A stretch of 40,089 nt of DNA from Nemertoderma westbladi. Taxonomy: Eukaryota; Animalia; Xenacoelomorpha. The DNA lies in NCBI GenBank assembly GCA_032718475.1, contig JAUCBJ010001149.1, positions 1 to 40,089 of the forward strand, written 5' to 3'. Below the pieces are notes generated by a model that saw only the letters and a list, made by a program, of their open reading frames with translations, was not told the origin of the DNA and did not search any database. Below, piece after piece: positions 33,186 to 40,089 of the stretch. The position numbers and the translations under genes were made by a program. Position 1 is the stretch's first letter. The number at the start of each line of letters is the position of its first letter.

Positions 33186-35314
33186 CGAATTAGGCCTACA
33201 GTCAGACAGTGCAGCAGTGTACAGTCTGACAGTCAGTGATATAGGCGATTTTGGACTTATTCCAATTTTGGAACTTAGTGCAGTTGTGCGAGGGTAGATT
33301 CCGAAATCGGAATACACTCCAAAATTTGACTTTTCTTTTCTAATTAAAAGAAATATTTTTAAGTCCTGCAAGGATATTTCCGTAATAAATTCTATAATTT
33401 TTCAATATATGTTTTTTGTGCCTAATTCATTATTCCTACCATGCTTTTGCAGAAATTGATTCATACATTCCAAAATTGGACTTTGTTTGCAGAGATGCTA
33501 CGTAATACTAACAACAACAAGGTACAGGGGTCCGTCGGTAAGGCTATATGGGCATGACTACAGCTGTACACTGTACCCACAGTTGTACGTTAGAAGCACA
33601 GCTAGACCAAGCAGCAGCTTGGTCTATTGATGACATTCCTGGGCTTCCAATGGTTCGATCCCTAGATGGAACACGGTGCACGGGGGCAGCACTGTTTGAG
33701 CACAGCTGAACAGTGCTTTAAATGCTTCAGCCTAGCCCAACCCTAGCGTTCATCCTTCAGTGGTTGATAAATGGGAACCAAGGCAACTTTGGAAAACAGA
33801 ATGGAAGGTTTACTATGGAATATCATCCGTGGCGGTGAACAGGCATTCCTTTTCGTTTCAGCACAAATGCTTTGAAGGGTTTAGCGAGGCATCTCTGCCT
33901 TGCATCATTAAATGGTAGCTAAATGAGTACTGGAGTTTCTGCCCATGTCAGCATGTGAAGTTTCCCCGGTATTCCCCTTAAACCCGGGGGGGGGGGGGGG
34001 TCAATATAACATCTCCCCCTCTGAAACTAACGCTACTAACTAAAAGACGAACTGAAACTAACTAAAAGGAATTCATATAAAATAAGCTAGAAATTTGAAA
34101 CTTGTTTTTAGCGGCGGGTGCCAAATTTTGGTGCCAGCCCTAACTTTTGAAATATGTAAATTTTGTAAATTGATTGTTTGAAGCTGTTTTTTTCCGCAAT
34201 TGGAGTTTTAGGCGTTCTGGTCTCGTTGGAATATATACGAATTGCACCAGACATATCAACGTCGTTGTATTTGTCGGTGCTGTGTGCAAAATTTGGTGCC
34301 AACAAGAAATTTTGAAAATTCATTCAATAGTTCAATTGATTGTGACAACTCATATCTTACATTTTATAGGTTTATGGGGGCTCTTAATTCAATGGAATAA
34401 ACTTTTATATAACAACTAGACATCTCAAACTTGTATTTTTGGAAGTATGGGTGCAAAATTTGGTGATTGCACAATATTTTGAAACCCATCAACAATATAA
34501 ATTGATTATGTAATCTTGTTTCTTTAAAATGGAAAGATATCGAAATGATACCATTCGTGGCGTATCCATAGTTATCTTGTTTGTTGCGTTACACGGATTT
34601 GTGAGGGTTCTGAATTCAATGGAGTATGTTAAAATTGCATAATAATTCTGAAACCTCTATTTTTTGGTGGTGTGTGAAAATTGTCAACAACATCGTTTAT
34701 TGTTTTGGTTAGAAATCGCCACCGCTGTAACCTGCTCTTTTTCTTCAATTGGAAGGTAACAACAGCGTTTATTGATTCCCACTGCATCAGCTGCAACCAG
34801 GACAATATGGGGCATGTTAAGTGTTTCCGCCATATTCGGCAGTACTGAGATACCACTTCCTGCCTTCCCTTTAGCGTAACAAACAAACAATAAATATTTG
34901 AAATGTAATATACTAATAATTATCATTATTTAATAATATTAATTATAATTAATATAATTAACAACTATTAATATTATAAATATTAACAAGAAAGATTAGT
35001 AAAATATTGCAGCAAAGGCAGAAAGGCTGTATTGTTTTTACTAAATGATTAATGTTTCAACACCAACTAAATCTACGAAAGTTGTTTACATCTGAAACTA
35101 TCCATCTTTGCTGGGACAATCCTGCCATCCTTCATCCTATATCGCATTTTTAATATATAATAACATGTCTTTGCTGCATTGGATGCATACCAGTATACCT
35201 GTACTGTTATGTTATATGATGATACTGATACCTAACAGGCTGTCAGGGCAACGTGAAACGTGATCCCCTATTGGCTATTTACCTAACAGACAGTTAGGTA
35301 AATATTATATCTCT
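33186..35314 (+). repeat. Segment B' (probable donor of 7185-9307)
   Basis: Near-identical direct repeat of 7185-9307. Confidence 0.95.
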
Positions 35315-35399
35315 CTCTCCTGATTGGTTATAGGATCAGATGCCGTCAGATCAGATCAGATAAGGACAGTCGTTTTATTCTACCTTGCAGCCTTGTAAA

Positions 35400-37230
35400 T
35401 AGATTTCTTAATCGGTTCAACATATTGTTTCAGTTTCTCACATATAGCGCGAAGGTCTCTTAAACGTTTCAACAGCTTCTTACACAATGTTACAGTATAC
35501 TACGTGCTGCACAAAGGTCTCATAAACGTTTCAACAGATCGTTTCAGTATCTCACGTTCACGGACTGCATGAAGGTATCTTAAATGTTTCAACAGATTGT
35601 TACAGTACCCCACATGCTGTGCGAAGGTCTTTTAAACATTCCAACGGATTGTTTCAGTACCTCACATACTGCGTTAAGGCAGGAAGGTACAGGTATCTTA
35701 ATCGTTTCAACAGATTGTTTCAGTACCGGTATCCCACATGCTGCGCAAAGGTCTCTTAAACGTTTCAACAGCTTGTTACACAATGTTACAGTACAGTATG
35801 CCACGTGCTGCGTAAAGGTCTCTTAAACGTTTCAACAGTTTGTTCCACAATATTGGAGTACGTCACGTGCTGCGCGAAGGTCTCTTAAACGTTTGAACAG
35901 CTTGTTACACAATGTTACAGTGTGCCACATGCTGCGCGAAGGTCTCTGAAACGTTTCAACAGCTTCTTACACAATGTTACAGTACCGGTACGCCACGGGC
36001 TGCGTGAAGGTCTCTTAAACGTTTCAACAGTTTGTTACACAATGTTGGAGTACGTCACGTGCTACGCGAAGGTCTCTTAAACGTTTGAACAGCTTGTTAC
36101 GCAATGTTACAGTTCGCCACATGCTGCGCGAATGTATCAAACGATTCAACAGATTGTTTCAGTATCTCACATACTGCGTGAAGGTTTCTTAAACGTTTTC
36201 ACAAATTGTTATAGTACCTCTCAGCCCCACGTCACGTGCTGCGCGAAGGTCTCTCAAACGTTTCATCAGATTGTTATACAATGTTACAGTACGCCACATG
36301 CTGCGCGAAGGTCTCTTAAACGTTTCAACAGCTTGTTACACAATGTTACAGTACCGGTAGGCCACGGGCTGCGTGAAGGTCTCTTAAACGTTTCAACAGT
36401 TTGTTACACGATGTTACAGTTCGCCACATGTTGCGGGAATGTCTCAAACGTTTCAACAGATTGTTTCAGTATCTCACATACGGCACTGCTTTAAGGTCTC
36501 TTAAACGTTTCCACAAATTGTTATAGTACCCCACGTCACGTGCTGCGCGGTCTCAAAAGTTTCATCAGATTGTTACACAATGTTACAGTACACTACGTGC
36601 TGCGTGAAGGTCTCTTAAACGTTTCAACAGTTTGTTAGACAATGTTGGAGTACGTCAAGTGCTACGCGAAGGTCTCTTAAACGTTTGAACAGCTTGTTAC
36701 ACAATGTTACAGTGTGCCACGTGTTGCGTGAAGGTCTCTTAAACGTTTCAACAGTTTGTTACACAATGTTGGAGTACGCCACATGCTGCTCGAAGGTCTC
36801 TTAAACGTTTCAACAGTCTGTTACACAATGTTGAAGTACGTCACGTGCTACGCGAAGGTCTCTTAAACGTTTGAACAGCTTGTTACACAATGTTACAGTG
36901 TGCCACGTGCTGCGCGAAGGTCTCTTAAACGTTTCAACAGCTTGTTACACAATGTTACAGTTCGCCACATGCTGCGCAAAGGTCTCAAATGTTTCAACAG
37001 ATTGTTTCAGTACCTCACATACTGCGTGAAGGTCTCTTAAACGTTTCCACAAATTGTAATAGTAACCCACGTCACGTGCTGCGCGAATGTCTCTCCAACC
37101 TTTCATCAGATTGTTTCAGTATCCAACGTGCTGAACGAAGGTAGGTATCTTAATTTCAACAGATTGTTACAGTAACAGTACCGCATGTGCTGCACGAAAG
37201 GTCTCTTAAAAGTTTGATCGGATTGTTTCA
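35400..37230. repeat. Minisatellite with ~62-bp and shorter ~52-bp unit variants, roughly 30 units
   Basis: Unit GCGAAGGTCTCTTAAACGTTTCAACAGCTTGTTACACAATGTTACAGT..GCCACGTGCTGC; the short variant lacks one TGTTACA(CAA) module; more diverged at the edges. Confidence 0.93.
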
Positions 37231-37619
37231 GTCGTTTCTTCACGTTTTTTTATGTGGTTTGAGTTGGTTTGCAGTGCAGACTTCATTTCACATTCTGATA
37301 ATATTTATTGACATTCTAGTTTATAAAATCTATTTACGTATTTACATTGACAAAGTGAAACAAAATAGAGTAAATAAGAAAAATTTCATTCAGAAAGACA
37401 ACAGTGGCCATAAGTGCTAAGTCTGTAAGTGCTGCTATTTGCTGTTCAATACAAACAATACGCTACCCATTCTGCAATTTTACTGCAGTGTACAGTACAG
37501 TTAGTAGAGTGCTGATGGAAAGACAAAATTGGTCCTAAAGTCCAAAATTGGATGTGCAAAACTTTAAATGTCGGTTGTCTTTGTGTTGTGCACCGTGGAA
37601 TTTTCTCGTGCACGGTCCA

Positions 37620-38892
37620 GCGGTCAGACGGATGATGGGGTGATGATAACTCCACCTACTGGCTCCAGAAGTCGAGGAAATCCTGCCAAATACCTAACTG
37701 ATCTAGACTTTGCTGATGACTAAAGGCCTGTTTACACGTGGCAACTTTTAGAGCAACTTTCTCGGCAACTTGTAGAGCAACCCAGGTTGCCGATCAAGTT
37801 GCTCCGTGTAAACACGTAAAAAAGTTGCTGTAAAAGTTGCTCAACTTTTACAGCAACTTGAAGGAATTTGCGTTGGTGAATTAAAGCGGGATAATCAAAT
37901 TAAATTATCAAAAACTAGCTAGTAGATAAAATGACCCAATATTTTACAGTCAAACTAGCCAAGTTGCTCTAAAAGTTGCCGGCCAAGTTGCCACCGTGTA
38001 AACAACCATTAAATTAAGTTGCTCCAAAAAAAGTTGCTAGTTGCCGAGAAAGTTGCTCTAAAAGTTGCCACGTGTAAACAGGCCTTTAGGAGTACTCTCA
38101 GAATCACTAGAGGGAGCCCAACGGCTCCTCAGCTCATTAGAACATGCTGTTTCTAGTGTTGGTCTTTTTATTAACTCCAGAAAGACCAAAATTTTGACAG
38201 TTAACTTTGAAAGTTCTCAGCAATTCTCTGATCGGATGAGCATAAGGTCAAAGGATGGTATGCTTGAATATGTGGACGACTTCTGTTACCTGGGATCATG
38301 GATTCGGAAGTCAGGTGAGGACCTTCGAATACGTAAGGGAAAGGCATGGGCAGCCTAGAATAGGCTTTCCAGGATTTGGATGTCACCGAGAATTAATCGG
38401 AAACTTAAGGTCCGAGTATTTAGAGCAGCAGTAGCTCCAGTACTCCTCTATGGGAGTCCATGCTGGGCTCTAACTGCTGAGGACACCAAATCTCTGGATG
38501 GCACATTCACAAGAATGCTACGCCGGGTTCATTGTGTCAAGTACAATGCACACATCTCCAACCAGACACTATATAACATTGGAGGTGTTTCATTGGTTCC
38601 CCCAAGCTTGACACTAGAACAAAATCGCCTCCGCTTTGCAGGAGATTGCTTTCATCGTGAGGACCAGCCAGTGCATAATTTTGTACCTTGGCAGCCTCAT
38701 GGAGTGAATAAGCATGGTGGACAGCCCATGACTTTCTTGAGATGCATCTTAAAGGACACTGGCCTTGAAGATGCGGATGATCTAGCAAATGGCATGGGTG
38801 ATAGGGAGTTGTGGCGGCGCAATTTTGTCGACAAGTCGGCACAGCATTCTTAAAAATGCAGCTGCAATGCAGCATGCCGATCCTAGTAGTAC
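37620..38892 (+). mobile_element. 5'-truncated RTE-clade LINE (second family), dead and interrupted by a MITE
   Basis: YLTDLDFADD|LGVLS, FCYLGSWI, FRAAVAPVLLYG, RLRFAG; nonsense TAG at 38356; ends CCTAGTAGTAC. The 5' boundary is approximate. Confidence 0.88.
37724..38085. mobile_element. PIF/Harbinger-like MITE (362 bp)
   Basis: ~47-bp perfect TIR AGGCCTGTTTACACGTGGCAACTTTTAGAGCAACTTTCTCGGCAACT; flanks TAA/TTA; internal GCAACT/AGTTGC repeats. Confidence 0.85.
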
Positions 38893-39154
38893 CATGGGTT
38901 TTACTCTTCAACGTATCCCGTACGTATCCACGTATGTGCGTACGTATCCACGTATCTATACATAACATTGAGTGATTTGACATAGCGTATGCATACGCGT
39001 AGGTGGAATACTGTTCCCTGATTGGTCCAGATGAGATACGAGAGAAATGTCATGCAAAACGCTTAGGCCTCAGTTACATTAGAATCGACATAGAGCCCAT
39101 GGGACCCCTGTTAGCCGGTACATACAGTTAATATGCTAAAAAGCCGAAACAACT

Positions 39155-39180
39155 GGGGGGGGGGGGGGGGGGGGGGGGGG
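39155..39180 (+). repeat. Poly-G tract (26 nt); others at 331-353, 1625-1646, 7981-7994 and 33986-34000
   Basis: Homopolymer runs read directly. Confidence 0.9.
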
Positions 39181-40089
39181 AGTCGATCCGGGCGCGCGCA
39201 GGCCAGAGGGGGGGATTTATGTGTTGAAACCCATCTTGTTGACCGCGCGAAAAATGTTATTACCAACGATTGTATATGGATACTCACATCAACTCAACAG
39301 CTTCACCGAGTTATTGCCTTATGTTACTAGTTTCTTCCACTCTCTTTCAATATACTGTATAAACAGTCCTAATAGTCACCTCTTTCGGAATGGGCAGTAT
39401 ATCATCACCTAGGGCTTGGAACAACAATACTATTAACTACCGTTACTTATATCTAGAGCCCATGTCATAAATACTGTATTCATTCCAGAAAATATATTTA
39501 ATTTAATAATTCATTTTAATAATGAAACAAAGTAGGAGGGCCCTTAGTGCTTATTAGTACATAATCAATAGGCAGATAGGAGCGGTAAGCCTGGCAGCCA
39601 GTGTCGTAAATATTAGTTCCAGAACATGTATTTATTTAACATGGGGGGCGTATGCAGTTCATTATTATATTTATTATTTATTTATACTGCATTAAGCCCA
39701 TATTCGGGTACATTAGATCGGGTGACTATTAAAATAAGGTACAGTACCGTACATTAAAATTAATAATAATAATAATAAATAAATAATAATAAAATTAATA
39801 ATTCATTATCTTTATTGTTCATTACGCAGTTCGGTGACACAGACAAGACAAGGAGACACATACACATACTGTAGTAAATTTAAGGTGAGTTGATTATATT
39901 GGATGTCTGACTCGACGGCTGCGGCTGGGTTATCACAGTGAGAGTATACAGTACAATACAATAAGGGCTTCCCTTTCAGCCTTAATAATGGTAACACAAT
40001 GTAATGCACAACTCACTGACCGAAGACCGCTGAAGAAATGTAAAACGGCTGAACAAAAAATTGAAAATAAAATTCACTATCTCAATGCA

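Noticed and set aside
35584-36494. Cys-rich ORFs
   Set aside because: They are translations of the minisatellite.

Overview
AT-rich, repeat-dense eukaryotic nuclear DNA, most likely from an invertebrate animal (inferred from RTE LINEs, a BEL/Pao LTR element, tRNA-headed SINEs, MITEs and a gephyrin-related ORF). There is one apparent host gene: an uninterrupted 1529-aa ORF (minus strand, 14913-19502) joining a catalytically degenerate gephyrin-G/MogA domain to a Cys/His domain resembling MULE/WRKY-GCM1 DNA-binding modules. Just upstream is a recently inserted 12-kb non-autonomous BEL/Pao retrotransposon (19819-31816; 1270-bp LTRs; TACTT target duplication) sitting at the exact centre of a palindrome. 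The main finding is a ~1015-nt insert in its gag gene with a complete group I (ID-like) self-splicing intron core; removing it restores the gag-protease frame. The same element has no tRNA primer-binding site but has a Tf1-like self-priming complement, a structured IRES-like region and an extra triple zinc-knuckle ORF. The rest is a full-length dead RTE LINE, a duplication/templated-insertion rearrangement, nested MITE/LINE insertions and three tandem arrays. All RNA structures were read by eye; no folding or database searches were run.
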